From an uncultured Methylomirabilota bacterium (GTDB lineage Bacteria > Methylomirabilota > Methylomirabilia > Methylomirabilales > 2-02-FULL-66-22): a stretch of 64,000 nt of DNA. Position numbers and translations under genes: made by a program. Below are positions 20,389 through 30,233 of this stretch, piece after piece. Below the pieces are notes generated by a model, which saw only the letters and a list, made by a program, of their open reading frames with translations, made no database searches and was not told the DNA's origin. The stretch is from NCBI GenBank assembly GCA_963705305.1, contig OY970067.1:4992001-5056000 (forward strand), written 5' to 3'. How positions within the stretch are numbered: the first letter of the stretch is position 1; every line of letters starts with the position of its first letter.

Positions 20389-21981
20389 TCAGCCCGCGAC
20401 CGCTGCGGCGGGTGGCCGAGCCTCCTCGAGGCGGATCTTCACGCCGAAGACGTCCTCGAACAGGTCCGCCTTCTGCGCCATCGCCTGGCGCTCGAGGGTG
20501 AGGTCGCTGACCCCGGGGACCACAAGCACGAACTCCTCCCCTTGCCGTTCGCAGCGGAAGTCCCGGACCTGCTGGGCGTGCGCCCGGTCCAGCGCATCGG
20601 CGACCCGCAGGATGGCCGCCAGCTTGCTGACGAGCATACGCTTGTCCCGGGGCAGCGCCATATACTCGGGGTGGCTGGGCTGGGGGCCGGCCCGCCGATG
20701 GTAGCGGGCCACGTGCGCCGCCAGCAGGTGCTCCTCGCCGGTCAGGCCGAAGATCTCTGCGTTGGCGATGAGATAAAAGCTGTGCTTGTGGTGGGACCGG
20801 TTGCTGACGAATCCCCCCACCTCGTGCAGCAGGGCGGCGACGCGAAGCAGCAGGCGGTGTCGGGAGCCCAACCCGTGCTCCGGTTGCAGCTCGTCGAACA
20901 GCCTCACGGCCAGGTCGGCGACACTCTGGGCGTGTCGCCGGTCCACCCGGTACTTGCGGGCCACGGCCTGAGCCGATCGGATGATCCCCTTGGCCAGCGC
21001 CTCGTCTTCCCGGCCGGTCACGCGGCTGACCAAGTCCAGCATGAGGCCATCCCGCATCGACGCCTGCGACACGTAGAACTGGGTCGCCTGCGTCGTGTTC
21101 AGCAGCCCCTGGTACACGAGCAGCGCCGGGTAGAGCGTCTCGGCATCCGGAAAGGGGAGCCCGAACTTGGCGGCCAGCTCCTCCGTGGTTTGGCCTTGGC
21201 ACTGGCGGACAAACTTGTCGAAAGGCCCGCGACCCACGGAGAACAGCTCCTCCGGGCTGATCGGTTTCCCGATTTGGCGGGCCACGAAACGAGCGTCGCC
21301 CCCGATGGCGACGAACGCTTCGGTCCGGTCCAGGGGGAGGCCGCTCTGCATGGCGGCAAGCACGTTGGTGATTTGCTGCCGCAGGATTGCGGCCGCCCGC
21401 GGCGGCGGCTCGGCGCCCGTGAGCAGGCCCTCACGCAGTCGGATGGAGCCTAATGGCAGGCTTTGGGCATCGACGATCTCGCCTTGGTGCATGACGGTGA
21501 GGAGGGTGCTCCCCCCGCCGACGTGCGCCACCAAGACCAGGCCCCGTTTGGCCATGATCTCGGGCCCGAGGTGTTGCCGCACGCCGGCTGCCGTCAGACG
21601 GCTTTCCTCTGCGCGGTCGATGACCTCGATCTCGAAGCCCGCTGCCATGAGCACGCGGTCGATGAAGGTGTCGCTGTTGCTGGCCTCGCGCACGGCGCTG
21701 GTGGCCACGGCGCGTTGCTGCTTCACCCGATAGGTGCCCAGGATCCGGCGGTATTCCCGCAGGATGGCCAGGGCGGCCCGCATGCTCTCGCCGGCGAGCC
21801 TGCCGCGCCGGAATGTGTCCTGGCCCAGACGGATCCCCTTCTGGAGCTTCTCCAAGACCTCCAGGCTGCCATCCGGAAGCACCTCGGCCACGACCATGCG
21901 GATGGCGTTCGAGCCGATGTCGATCCCGGCCACGATTTGAGGCTCAGACGACTGATCGCGTGGCTTCTCCGGCGTGCTCAT
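20389..21981 (-). CDS. ppx: Exopolyphosphatase Ppx/GppA with HD domain
   Basis: IDIGSNAIR, ATSAVREA, GGGST, ALLHEVG...HHKHS, LRVADALD. Confidence 0.93.
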   Translation of the reverse strand: MSTPEKPRDQSSEPQIVAGIDIGSNAIRMVVAEVLPDGSLEVLEKLQKGIRLGQDTFRRGRLAGESMRAALAILREYRRILGTYRVKQQRAVATSAVREASNSDTFIDRVLMAAGFEIEVIDRAEESRLTAAGVRQHLGPEIMAKRGLVLVAHVGGGSTLLTVMHQGEIVDAQSLPLGSIRLREGLLTGAEPPPRAAAILRQQITNVLAAMQSGLPLDRTEAFVAIGGDARFVARQIGKPISPEELFSVGRGPFDKFVRQCQGQTTEELAAKFGLPFPDAETLYPALLVYQGLLNTTQATQFYVSQASMRDGLMLDLVSRVTGREDEALAKGIIRSAQAVARKYRVDRRHAQSVADLAVRLFDELQPEHGLGSRHRLLLRVAALLHEVGGFVSNRSHHKHSFYLIANAEIFGLTGEEHLLAAHVARYHRRAGPQPSHPEYMALPRDKRMLVSKLAAILRVADALDRAHAQQVRDFRCERQGEEFVLVVPGVSDLTLERQAMAQKADLFEDVFGVKIRLEEARPPAAAVAG

Positions 21982-22205
21982 GGCAACTCACCCCGTGCTT
22001 CCGGCTCTCGGCCGCGACCGCCGACCCTCCTGAGGCACGTCTCCCGGACAGCGGAGAAAGATCTCCGCCCTGAGGCCGAGGCCCCTCATCCACCTCCTGG
22101 CGAACCTTGCCAGCGGACGCTTGGAGACACGAAAGGGCAGAAAGCCCGGGAGATATTTGCGTTTCACCCTACCATATCCGGATCGGGAATTCACCGGAAA
22201 GTTCT

Positions 22206-22223
22206 GTGACATTTTTGTTACAG
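22206..22223 (-). promoter_or_regulatory. Pho-box-like direct repeat upstream of ppx-ppk1
   Basis: CTGTAAC-AAAA-ATGTCAC with 11-bp periodicity, resembling CTGTCAT-N4-CTGTCAY. Confidence 0.5.
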
Positions 22224-22498
22224 CCTATTTCCCCGGCCACCAATCGGCGGGAGAAAGAAACGCGAGTAACCGGGTAAGACATTGCACTGATGGACGCGGA
22301 TCTCCTATCGGTTCCCGTCATTCGACACAATGGCTCCCGACGGCAATTCCGCGTGAAACCTCGGCGCGGGAGACCGGCCGGCCGCTCTGCCGCCATCCTG
22401 GGATGGCGCTGGGGCATCGACCCGTCCGACTTCCCGGACCCCTCCGGCATAGGGGATGGGGAAGGAAGGCCCCGGGGCCGGTCGACCCGCACGGAGCC

Positions 22499-22545
22499 TT
22501 GACACCGGGGGGCTACGGGACTATTCTAACTGAGAAAATTTCTCA
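22499..22545 (+). promoter_or_regulatory. Sigma70 promoter plus Zur/Fur-type 7-1-7 palindrome
   Basis: TTGACA-17 bp-TATTCT followed by perfect TGAGAAA-A-TTTCTCA (22531-22545). Confidence 0.75.
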
Positions 22546-22561
22546 TTTAAGGATGTATCCC

Positions 22562-23014
22562 ATGCCCTCGTCCCAGTTCGGACAGGCCCTCCAAGGGCAC
22601 GGCTTCAAGCTCACCCGGGCGCGCCGCGCGGTCCTCCAGGTTCTGGGGGCGACTGCGCAGCACCTGAAGATTGCGGAGGTCCACCAGCGCGCCCGCCAGA
22701 TCGACCCCCGGGTGAGCCTGGCCAGTGTCTACCGCACCATGGATCTGCTGGCGCGGCTCCACCTGGTGCAGGACGTCCACATGGAGCATCGCCACCGCCA
22801 CTATGCCAGGCTGAGCGACGACCACGGCCACCACCTTATCTGCAGCCGGTGCGGCCTAGTGGTCGAGTTCTCGGACTGTCAGGCCGAAGTGCTGGCCCGC
22901 CTCCTGGCGCGGCGGACGCACTTCCGAATCGACGGACACCACCTGGAATTCTTCGGCCGGTGCCCGCGCTGTCGCCGGGAGACCCAGACGGGGCGGCTGG
23001 ACGTGCGGCCCTGA
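22562..23014 (+). CDS. zur: Fur-family regulator, probably Zur
   Basis: SVYRTMDLL, HGHHLICSRCG, GRCPRC; heads a Zn/Mn ABC operon. Confidence 0.75.
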   Translation: MPSSQFGQALQGHGFKLTRARRAVLQVLGATAQHLKIAEVHQRARQIDPRVSLASVYRTMDLLARLHLVQDVHMEHRHRHYARLSDDHGHHLICSRCGLVVEFSDCQAEVLARLLARRTHFRIDGHHLEFFGRCPRCRRETQTGRLDVRP

Positions 23015-23072
23015 CCGCACACATCCCAGGGTCAACTCAGCTGTTCCCGCAACGTGATAGGAGACGAGAAAG

Positions 23073-23987
23073 ATGAACATCATTGCAGCCGCTCTGCTCG
23101 CCTTCGTACTGGCGGCGGGACACGCACCGAGCGCCCTCGCCGCGCCCGCGGCCCCCGCCAAGCTCCGGGTGGTAACCAGCTTCACCGTCCTGGCCGACCT
23201 GATCCGCCAGGTGGGCGGCGACCATGTCCAGGTTACGGCCCTGGTGCCGCCGGGAGAGGAGCCGCACACCTACGAGCCCACCCCCGGGGACATGAAAGCC
23301 GTGTCCCGGGCCCGGCTGGTCTTTTACAACGGCGCGCACCTGGAAGAATGGTGGAGCCAGTTCGTCCGTAACGTCAGCCCCGGCGTGCCTGTCGTGGACC
23401 TGTCGAAGGGCCTGCCCGTCCTGCACATGCCTGGCCCGCCCAGTGCGGACGGACACGCGGGGGAAGAGCCGAACCCGCATTTCTGGCTGGATGTGATGAA
23501 CGCCAAGATCTACGTGGAGCGTATCCGGGACGCCCTCGGCCGGGCCGATCCGGCCAATGCGGACGCCTATGCCGACCGGGCCAAGACCTACCTGGCCAAG
23601 CTGGATTCTCTGGATGTCTGGATCCGGACGCAGGTCGCCATGATTCCCCCGGCGCGGCGGAAGCTGGTCGCCTTTCATGACGCCTTCCCCTATTTCGCCA
23701 AGCGCTACGGTTTCAGCATCAGCGGATACGTGGTCGCCAGCCCCGGGAAAGAGCCATCCGCCCGGGAGCTGGCGGATCTGGGCCGACGCATCCGGGAGGA
23801 GCGCGTCCCGGCCGTCTTCGCCGAGGCGGAGTTGAACCCGAAGACCATGCAGATCCTGGGACGGGATGCCGGCGTGAAGGTGGTCACCAACCTGTACATC
23901 GAGAGTCTCAGTCAAGGGCCCGAGGCCAATTCCTATATCGCCCTCATGCGGCACGACGTCACCATGATTGTCAACGCACTAAAGTAA
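23073..23987 (+). CDS. znuA: Zn/Mn ABC transporter substrate-binding protein
   Basis: Signal peptide; EPHTYEPTP, NPHFWLD, FHDAFPYFA. Confidence 0.85.
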   Translation: MNIIAAALLAFVLAAGHAPSALAAPAAPAKLRVVTSFTVLADLIRQVGGDHVQVTALVPPGEEPHTYEPTPGDMKAVSRARLVFYNGAHLEEWWSQFVRNVSPGVPVVDLSKGLPVLHMPGPPSADGHAGEEPNPHFWLDVMNAKIYVERIRDALGRADPANADAYADRAKTYLAKLDSLDVWIRTQVAMIPPARRKLVAFHDAFPYFAKRYGFSISGYVVASPGKEPSARELADLGRRIREERVPAVFAEAELNPKTMQILGRDAGVKVVTNLYIESLSQGPEANSYIALMRHDVTMIVNALK

Positions 23988-24034
23988 GGGAAGGTTCGAG
24001 GTTGGGGGAAGGCAGCGGAGGTCGGAAGGTCGAC

Positions 24035-24841
24035 ATGACGGATACCCCGTGCTGGAAATACTGCCTGGAGGTGCGGAACCTTGTGGCGGGCTACGGCGGC
24101 CGCGCCGCCATCGAAGGAGTCTCCTTCGGGATCTGCCCGGGACAGATGGCGGGGGTCATCGGCCCCAACGGCGCCGGAAAGAGCACCCTCTTCAAGGCCA
24201 TCCTGGGGCTGATCCCACGCCTGGGAGGCGAGATGCGGCTCCATGACGAGGAGGCGCTTGGACAGCGGGCCTTGATGGGGTACGTGCCGCAGCTCGATAC
24301 CATCAACCGGGCCTTTCCATTGACCGTCGCGGACGTCGTGCTGATGGGCCGGTATCGGCGAATCGGCTGGTTCCGGCGCCCCGACCGGGAAGACCGCGCG
24401 GTCGTGGAGCGGGCGCTGGCACGCGTCGAGCTGCTTCCGCAGGCCCGCACCCAGATCGGCCAGCTCTCGGGTGGACAGCAGCAGCGGGCCTTCCTGGCCC
24501 GCGTCCTGGCCCAGGACCCGCACCTTCTGCTCCTGGACGAGCCGGTGAGCGGCGTGGACGCGGCCACCCAGCACGCCATCTTCAATGTGCTGGAGGAACT
24601 CCGAGACAGCGGGAAAACGGTCGTCGTGGCCACCCACGATCTCAACTGCGTGATCGAGCGATTCGACCAGGTGCTCTGCCTGAACCGCCGGCTGGTGGCG
24701 TACGGCTCCCCGGTCGAGGTCTTTCGCGAGGATATTCTGGAGCAGACCTACGGCAGCCACCTCATGCTGGTCAAGGTGGGGGATCGGCGCGTCGTCGTGG
24801 CCGACGAGCATGGGGGCGGCGGCCATAGGGTGCGGCCATGA
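24035..24841 (+). CDS. znuC: Metal ABC transporter ATP-binding protein
   Basis: GPNGAGKST, LSGGQQQR, LLLDEP. Confidence 0.85.
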   Translation: MTDTPCWKYCLEVRNLVAGYGGRAAIEGVSFGICPGQMAGVIGPNGAGKSTLFKAILGLIPRLGGEMRLHDEEALGQRALMGYVPQLDTINRAFPLTVADVVLMGRYRRIGWFRRPDREDRAVVERALARVELLPQARTQIGQLSGGQQQRAFLARVLAQDPHLLLLDEPVSGVDAATQHAIFNVLEELRDSGKTVVVATHDLNCVIERFDQVLCLNRRLVAYGSPVEVFREDILEQTYGSHLMLVKVGDRRVVVADEHGGGGHRVRP

Positions 24842-25671
24842 TGGAATGGCTAGCCTCCCCGTTCCAGTTCGCCTTCATGCAGCGGGCCCTGGTCGGTGGG
24901 GTCTTGGTGGGGGCCCTGTGCGCGGTGGTGGGGACGTACGTGGTCCTGCGGGGCCTGGCCTTCGTCGGCGACGCGCTGGCCCATGCCGCCTTTCCCGGGG
25001 TCGTCATCGCCTACCTGCTGCAGGCCAACATCTACCTGGGGGCCACGATCTTCGCCCTGGCCACCGCCATGGGGATCGGATTCATTTCCCGGCGCGCCAG
25101 CACCTCGTACGATACCACCATCGGGATCCTCTTCGCCGGTGCCTTTGCCCTGGGCGTCCTGCTCCTGAGCTCGATCCGCGGGTACAGCGTGGACCTGTTC
25201 AGCTTTCTCTTCGGCAACATCCTGGCGGTCTCGGAGGCGGACCTCCTGGTGGTGGGCATCCTGGCGGGCGTCGTGCTGCTGACGGTGGCCCTGTTCTATA
25301 AGGAGTTCCTCCTCCTCTCCTTCGATCCGGTGGTCGCCGAGGCCATGGGCTACCCCGTGCAGATCCTGAACTACCTCCTCCTAGCCCTCATCGCCCTGAC
25401 CATCGTGATCTCCATCCAGGCCGTGGGGATCATCCTGGTCGTGGCCCTCCTGGTCACCCCCAGCGCCACGGCTTACCTGCTGACCGAGCGGTTCCTCCCC
25501 ATGATGGTCTTGGGGGTCGTCCTGGCCGCGCTGGCGGCGGTGACCGGCCTGTACGTCTCGTACTACCTCAACGTGGCCTCCGGGCCCGCCATCGTCCTGG
25601 TCAGCACCTGCGTGTTCTTCGCCGTGCTGATCCTCCGCCACCTGGCCGGCGCGGAGCGACGGTCCGGGTAA
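24838..25671 (+). CDS. znuB: Metal ABC transporter permease
   Basis: GDALAHAAFPG, FLFGNIL, VGIILVVALL. Confidence 0.85.
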   Translation: MMEWLASPFQFAFMQRALVGGVLVGALCAVVGTYVVLRGLAFVGDALAHAAFPGVVIAYLLQANIYLGATIFALATAMGIGFISRRASTSYDTTIGILFAGAFALGVLLLSSIRGYSVDLFSFLFGNILAVSEADLLVVGILAGVVLLTVALFYKEFLLLSFDPVVAEAMGYPVQILNYLLLALIALTIVISIQAVGIILVVALLVTPSATAYLLTERFLPMMVLGVVLAALAAVTGLYVSYYLNVASGPAIVLVSTCVFFAVLILRHLAGAERRSG

Positions 25672-25851
25672 TTCGAGGGCGTTCAGCGGGATCGTCCGCC
25701 ACGCCGGGAACGTCCTGCCGTCCGGCGCGCCTCCGGCGAGAGCGCCCACGCCCCCCGGGCCAGGGCCTCTCCTCCCAGCTTGCGCACGGTGCGCATCAGC
25801 CGATTCAGGTGGACCTCGTGCGGGGCCAGGGCCGGCGGCGGGACGGGGGGC

Positions 25852-26946
25852 CTACGCGTCGTCGCCCGGCGGATCCGCCGACGGCGGCGTGCGGATCTCC
25901 TCGGCGAATCGAAGCAGTGCCAGCGCCAGCGCCACAATGACCGGACCCAGGAACATGCCGATGAACCCGAAGGCGGCAACGCCCCCCATCAGGCCGAAGA
26001 AGAGTGGGAGCATCGAGATTCGGGCGCGACCGGAAATGAACGCCGGCCGCAGGAAGTTGTCGACGGAGGCGATGACGGCGAGGCCCCAAATCACCAGGAA
26101 GACGGCGGCGACCCAGCGTCCTTGCATGGCCAGCACGGCGGCCCCGGGCACCCAGATGAGCGCCGTCCCCACGACGGGAAGCATCGAGACGCCTACCGCC
26201 AGGAAGCCGAACACCACGGGCGAAGGCAACCCCACGAGGGCAAAGGCGATCCCCACCAGCGTGCCCTGGGCGATGGCCACCACGAGCGCACCCAACACGA
26301 CGGCCCGCGTCACGGCCGCCAGATAGTCGAAGAGGCGCTGCGTGTACCCCGCATCCATCGGGATCAGGAGGATCAGCCGCCCCAGCATCTCCTCCCCGTC
26401 TCGCAGGATGAAGAACAGCAGGAACAGGGTCATGCCCAGGCTGACCAGCATTCCCAGCGTTCCGACGAAGACGGACCCACTCATCGACAGGAGCGCCTGC
26501 AAGGGTCCCCTGGCCCCGTCCACCATCCAGGCTTTCACCTGCCCCGTCGTCAACGGCACGTAGTTTCCCAGCTTCGCGACCAGGCGATCCAGCAGCGGGA
26601 TCCGAACGAGGTCTTGGAGGCTGAAGATCTGGTGGCGGCCGGCCATGCCCTGGAGGGCGGCCAGCAGCTCCCGGGCCTGCTGGGCGAAGGCCACCACGGA
26701 AAGCGCGGCCGGGATCACCCCCACCACGATCACCCCCAGCGTCAGGACCAGGGCCGCCGGACCCTGCCGTCCGTGGAGCAGCTGCCGCAGGCGCCGGTTG
26801 GCCGGGAACAGCAGGAAGCCCAGCAAGGCCCCCCAGAGAATCGCATCCAGAAACGGCTTGAAGATCTGAAAGAGGGCAAATCCCAGCAGGCCCGCCGCAG
26901 CGAGGGCGAACGCCCGGCGGTAAAACTGGCTCTCAGGCTGTGGCAT
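25852..26946 (-). CDS. AI-2E family (PerM-like) transporter
   Basis: AQGTLVGIAF, PVVGTALIWVP, DNFLRP, GFIGMFLGP. Confidence 0.85.
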   Translation of the reverse strand: MPQPESQFYRRAFALAAAGLLGFALFQIFKPFLDAILWGALLGFLLFPANRRLRQLLHGRQGPAALVLTLGVIVVGVIPAALSVVAFAQQARELLAALQGMAGRHQIFSLQDLVRIPLLDRLVAKLGNYVPLTTGQVKAWMVDGARGPLQALLSMSGSVFVGTLGMLVSLGMTLFLLFFILRDGEEMLGRLILLIPMDAGYTQRLFDYLAAVTRAVVLGALVVAIAQGTLVGIAFALVGLPSPVVFGFLAVGVSMLPVVGTALIWVPGAAVLAMQGRWVAAVFLVIWGLAVIASVDNFLRPAFISGRARISMLPLFFGLMGGVAAFGFIGMFLGPVIVALALALLRFAEEIRTPPSADPPGDDA

Positions 26947-27079
26947 CCGATGACCTCTAGCGCCCGGCGGACTGCCCCCCCGCCGATCCGTCCCGCCTCC
27001 GGCGGCTCCCCGGACGCCGTTCCGGGGGGCTCGGACGGAGGCCGTTCCCGCTTCCGCCGGGGCGATTCTCTCCTGCCGC

Positions 27080-28261
27080 CTACCGGTCCACCCGATAGGT
27101 GGCAACGACCTTGGGATCCAGCTCGATCCCCAGTCCCGGCCCCTCCGGAAGCTCGACGTGGCCGGTCCGATCCACCAAGAGCGGCGCCGTGACCAGATCG
27201 GCCATCAGCGGATGGGCCGGAAAGACCATCTCGGCCATGCTGCCGTTCGGAAGGGCGCCGAGGAGGTGAACGGCGGCCGCCACGGCCACGGCCGAGCCAT
27301 GGATGTGCGGGGCCACCGGCAGGTTCCAGGCCTGGGCCAGGTGGGCGATCTTCAGGGACTCCGTCAGCCCGCCGGCCCAGCAGACGTCCGGCTGGACGAC
27401 GTGAACGGCCCGGGCCGCGATGTAGTCTCGAAAGCCCGTCCGGCCGTAGGTGCAGGTCTCGTAGCCGGCCACCGGGATGGCGATTTTGCGGGCCACCTCC
27501 GCGCTGCCGGCGATGTCGTCCGGGCAGACAGGCTCCTCGTACCAGTAGATGTCCAGCGGCTCCATGGCGCGCCCCTGTTTCACGGCCGTGGGAACATCCC
27601 AGGCCCCGTTCACATCCACCATGAGACGGATGTCCGGTCCGACGCTCTCCCGCACCGCCCGGACGCGAGCGAGATCCTCCGCCAGCGAGATCTCGCAGGT
27701 CCCCCGGTGCGCCATGGCGCGGAGCGGGCTCCCCTCGATGTCGCTGTTCCGACCCACCTTCATCTTGACGGCGCGGAAACCGTGATCGCAGTACCCCCGC
27801 ATCTCTTCGCACAGCTCGGGAATCCCCTTCCCCTCCGCGTAGAAGCCGCCCGTGGCATACGCTGGAACCCGCCGCCGGTACCCGCCCAGCAGCCGCCACA
27901 GCGGCTGCCCCGCCAGCTTGCCCCGGAGATCCCACAGGGCGATGTCGATGCCGCTCATGGCGGCGATAAGCAGCCCGCCGCGGGCGTGCTTGTAGGCCCG
28001 CTGGTGCATCTGCTCCCAGAGGCGCTCCACGTCGCGGGGATCCTCTCCCACCAGATGCTCCTTGAGCTCCCCCTCGATGACCCCCCGCGTCGAGGCGAGC
28101 GGGCCGCCGAAGTGCGCCGCCTCTCCCAGGCCGACCAGACCGTCGTCGGTCTCGACCTCGACCAGCAGGGCGGGCTTGGTGGCCATGATGTAATTGGCGT
28201 CGTAGACCGGGCGGGGCAGGCGGCACTCCACGGGAATCGTGCGGACGTCACGGATGCGCAT
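27080..28261 (-). CDS. Mandelate racemase/muconate lactonizing enzyme family protein
   Basis: GIDIALWDLRGK, KMK, MVDVN, WYEEP, VQPD, APH. Confidence 0.9.
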   Translation of the reverse strand: MRIRDVRTIPVECRLPRPVYDANYIMATKPALLVEVETDDGLVGLGEAAHFGGPLASTRGVIEGELKEHLVGEDPRDVERLWEQMHQRAYKHARGGLLIAAMSGIDIALWDLRGKLAGQPLWRLLGGYRRRVPAYATGGFYAEGKGIPELCEEMRGYCDHGFRAVKMKVGRNSDIEGSPLRAMAHRGTCEISLAEDLARVRAVRESVGPDIRLMVDVNGAWDVPTAVKQGRAMEPLDIYWYEEPVCPDDIAGSAEVARKIAIPVAGYETCTYGRTGFRDYIAARAVHVVQPDVCWAGGLTESLKIAHLAQAWNLPVAPHIHGSAVAVAAAVHLLGALPNGSMAEMVFPAHPLMADLVTAPLLVDRTGHVELPEGPGLGIELDPKVVATYRVDR

Positions 28262-28504
28262 ATGGGCTCTCCGGAAAATGGGTGAACTGCGGGACACGCG
28301 GGAGAAACCCTCGGCGTGTCGAGAGAGGGTTATCATTCGTGCCTGGCGGTGTCAACGTGCTTCCCTGCCCGGGGTGCGCCCAGGCCGACGGCGCCCACAT
28401 CTTGGGGAAGCCGCGAAGCTTTGAAACATAATTTCATATTGACATTCTTCCATGAATAAATTAGATATAGCGAATCATACTTTCATACTACGATCTGTTG
28501 AGCC

Positions 28505-28696
28505 ATGCGAAAATCAGCCGCGACCGACAAGACGTCCGAACCGCAGCGCCTCCTGCAAGCCCGACTCCCGGCAGCGCTGGTGAGAGAGCTCCGCATCCTG
28601 GCGCTGGAGCAGGATCTGACGGTCAGGGAGCTCGTGAACCGGCTCGTCGCGGATTACGTGGCCCAGCACCGCCGCGTGGGCGGCAGGAAGGGATAG
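28505..28696 (+). CDS. Ribbon-helix-helix (CopG/ParG-like) protein
   Basis: LLQARLPAALVRELRILALEQDLTVRELVNRLVADY fits the beta-alpha-alpha pattern; AT-rich upstream region. Confidence 0.7.
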   Translation: MRKSAATDKTSEPQRLLQARLPAALVRELRILALEQDLTVRELVNRLVADYVAQHRRVGGRKG

Positions 28697-28699
28697 GCG

Positions 28700-29107
28700 A
28701 TGCAGCGATCCCACCGGCAGGGGACCGGTCGGCTGGTTGGGGTGGGGCTCCTGCTCGCCTGCCTGTGGGCCGCACCGGGCTGCGGACCCGCCGCCCTGGT
28801 GGTCATGAGCATGGCCGGGGGAGCGGCGGCGGTGAGCGGCGAGCCCCAGCGCCTCTACGGGACCCAGGGCCAGGACTTCGACGAGCAACGCATGAGCGAG
28901 ATCCGGTCGGGCGTGACCACCGCGTCCGACGTGGTGCAGCTCCTCGGCAATCCCCAGACCAAGGTGTTCACGGGGGACGGGGAAGAATGGGCCTATCGCT
29001 TCTACGTCCCGCCCACCATGCTCCGCTCGGGCACGGAGAAGATCCTGACGATTCGGTTCCGCGAGGGCAAGGTCCAGGATCTGCGCTACTCGATCAGCGC
29101 CCTCTAG
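28700..29107 (+). CDS. BamE/SmpA-like lipoprotein
   Basis: Lipobox-like APGC; IRSGVTTASDVVQLLGNP...EEWAY. Confidence 0.7.
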   Translation: MQRSHRQGTGRLVGVGLLLACLWAAPGCGPAALVVMSMAGGAAAVSGEPQRLYGTQGQDFDEQRMSEIRSGVTTASDVVQLLGNPQTKVFTGDGEEWAYRFYVPPTMLRSGTEKILTIRFREGKVQDLRYSISAL

Positions 29108-29146
29108 CCGGCCCCTCCCCCCCGGCGGGCTGTCGCGTGCCGGGCC

Positions 29147-29320
29147 TCACGGGGTGAAGACCTGTTTGATTCCCCGCCCCAGCGACTGCAGGTCCTCTCC
29201 CATGCCACGCATGGTGGCACAGCCGCTTGCCCAGAGCGCCGTCAGAACCAGCAGGACTGCCACCGTCGCGCGGGCGCGTCGCGGCATCGTCACGCGCGGT
29301 GCCGGCCTGCCGCCGCTCAT
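29147..29320 (-). CDS. Entericidin EcnA/B-like small lipoprotein
   Basis: ASGC lipobox followed by ATMRGMGEDLQSLGRGI. Confidence 0.65.
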   Translation of the reverse strand: MSGGRPAPRVTMPRRARATVAVLLVLTALWASGCATMRGMGEDLQSLGRGIKQVFTP

Positions 29321-29682
29321 CGCTCTCCCGCCCCGTTGAACTGCGCCTGCCCCCGGACCATCTCCGGCGTGACCACATACGTCCCGGTGCAGCCGAGGCG
29401 CAACAGGTAACCGGCGGTGCTCCGATCGCCATGCGTGAACGCCAGGCTCGCCCCCGAGGCCACCGCCATCCCCGGGCAGAGGACGATCGCCTTGAACGGG
29501 GCATAGACCACCGTCCCCATCCCGGCGGCGCCGGTGGCCAGGACCTGGGCCGTGGACGGGTTCGGGCTGGCCGGTGGCGGCTGGCGCTCCTGGCTCCAGG
29601 CCGAGGATGCCGGGGCCAGCAGCAGGCCTAGAGCCACCACCACGATGACGGCCGACAGGCAGAGCAAGCTCGTCCGACGCAT
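29317..29682 (-). CDS. Exported hypothetical protein
   Basis: AAGGAG RBS; signal peptide; stop overlaps next start (ATGA). Confidence 0.6.
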   Translation of the reverse strand: MRRTSLLCLSAVIVVVALGLLLAPASSAWSQERQPPPASPNPSTAQVLATGAAGMGTVVYAPFKAIVLCPGMAVASGASLAFTHGDRSTAGYLLRLGCTGTYVVTPEMVRGQAQFNGAGER

Positions 29683-29720
29683 CGATTCTCTCCTTTTCCA
29701 TCCCGCGAATCCTTCCCGAC

Positions 29721-30233
29721 TCACGCCCGGCGCAGGGCTCCTCCCGCTCGAACCGTCTTGCGCCGGCCGTCTGGCGGCCCCGCGGCCCGACCCGCACCCC
29801 GCCGCACCTTGGCGACGATCGTCTCCAGCGCTTCTCCGGCGCTGGCGAAGACCCGCAGGATGTCGCCCGCGCGGGCCTGCCGAAGATGCACGCCGGCCAC
29901 GACCACGGCGGTGCGATTCAGGCTGCGCGCCAGCTCGGAGGCGAAGGGCCGGGCCAGTTCGTCCTCCTTGTGTCCCAGCAGGGTCAACACCGACGTGGTG
30001 GCGCTCCGTCGGCGCGGATCTGCGAGGCTGGGGCGCGGGATGCTGACGGCCACCGCGCCCACGTGTGGCACGTCCCCGCCCACCAGGTTCACGCTGAGGG
30101 CCTCTCCGGCCACCAGCACCGTCCCCCACACCCGATGGCGCCCCGTGCCGGCGGCGAATTCGAACGCCGCCGGCACGGGGCGCGCGACCGCCGCTGGCCG
30201 CCGCCCGCGGGCGGCGGAATCCGGGCTCTTCAT
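29721..30233 (-). CDS. LpdD-like prenylated-FMN chaperone
   Basis: GGDVPHVGAV...GHKEDELA...VAGVH; coupled to ubiX. Confidence 0.7.
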   Translation of the reverse strand: MKSPDSAARGRRPAAVARPVPAAFEFAAGTGRHRVWGTVLVAGEALSVNLVGGDVPHVGAVAVSIPRPSLADPRRRSATTSVLTLLGHKEDELARPFASELARSLNRTAVVVAGVHLRQARAGDILRVFASAGEALETIVAKVRRGAGRAAGPPDGRRKTVRAGGALRRA

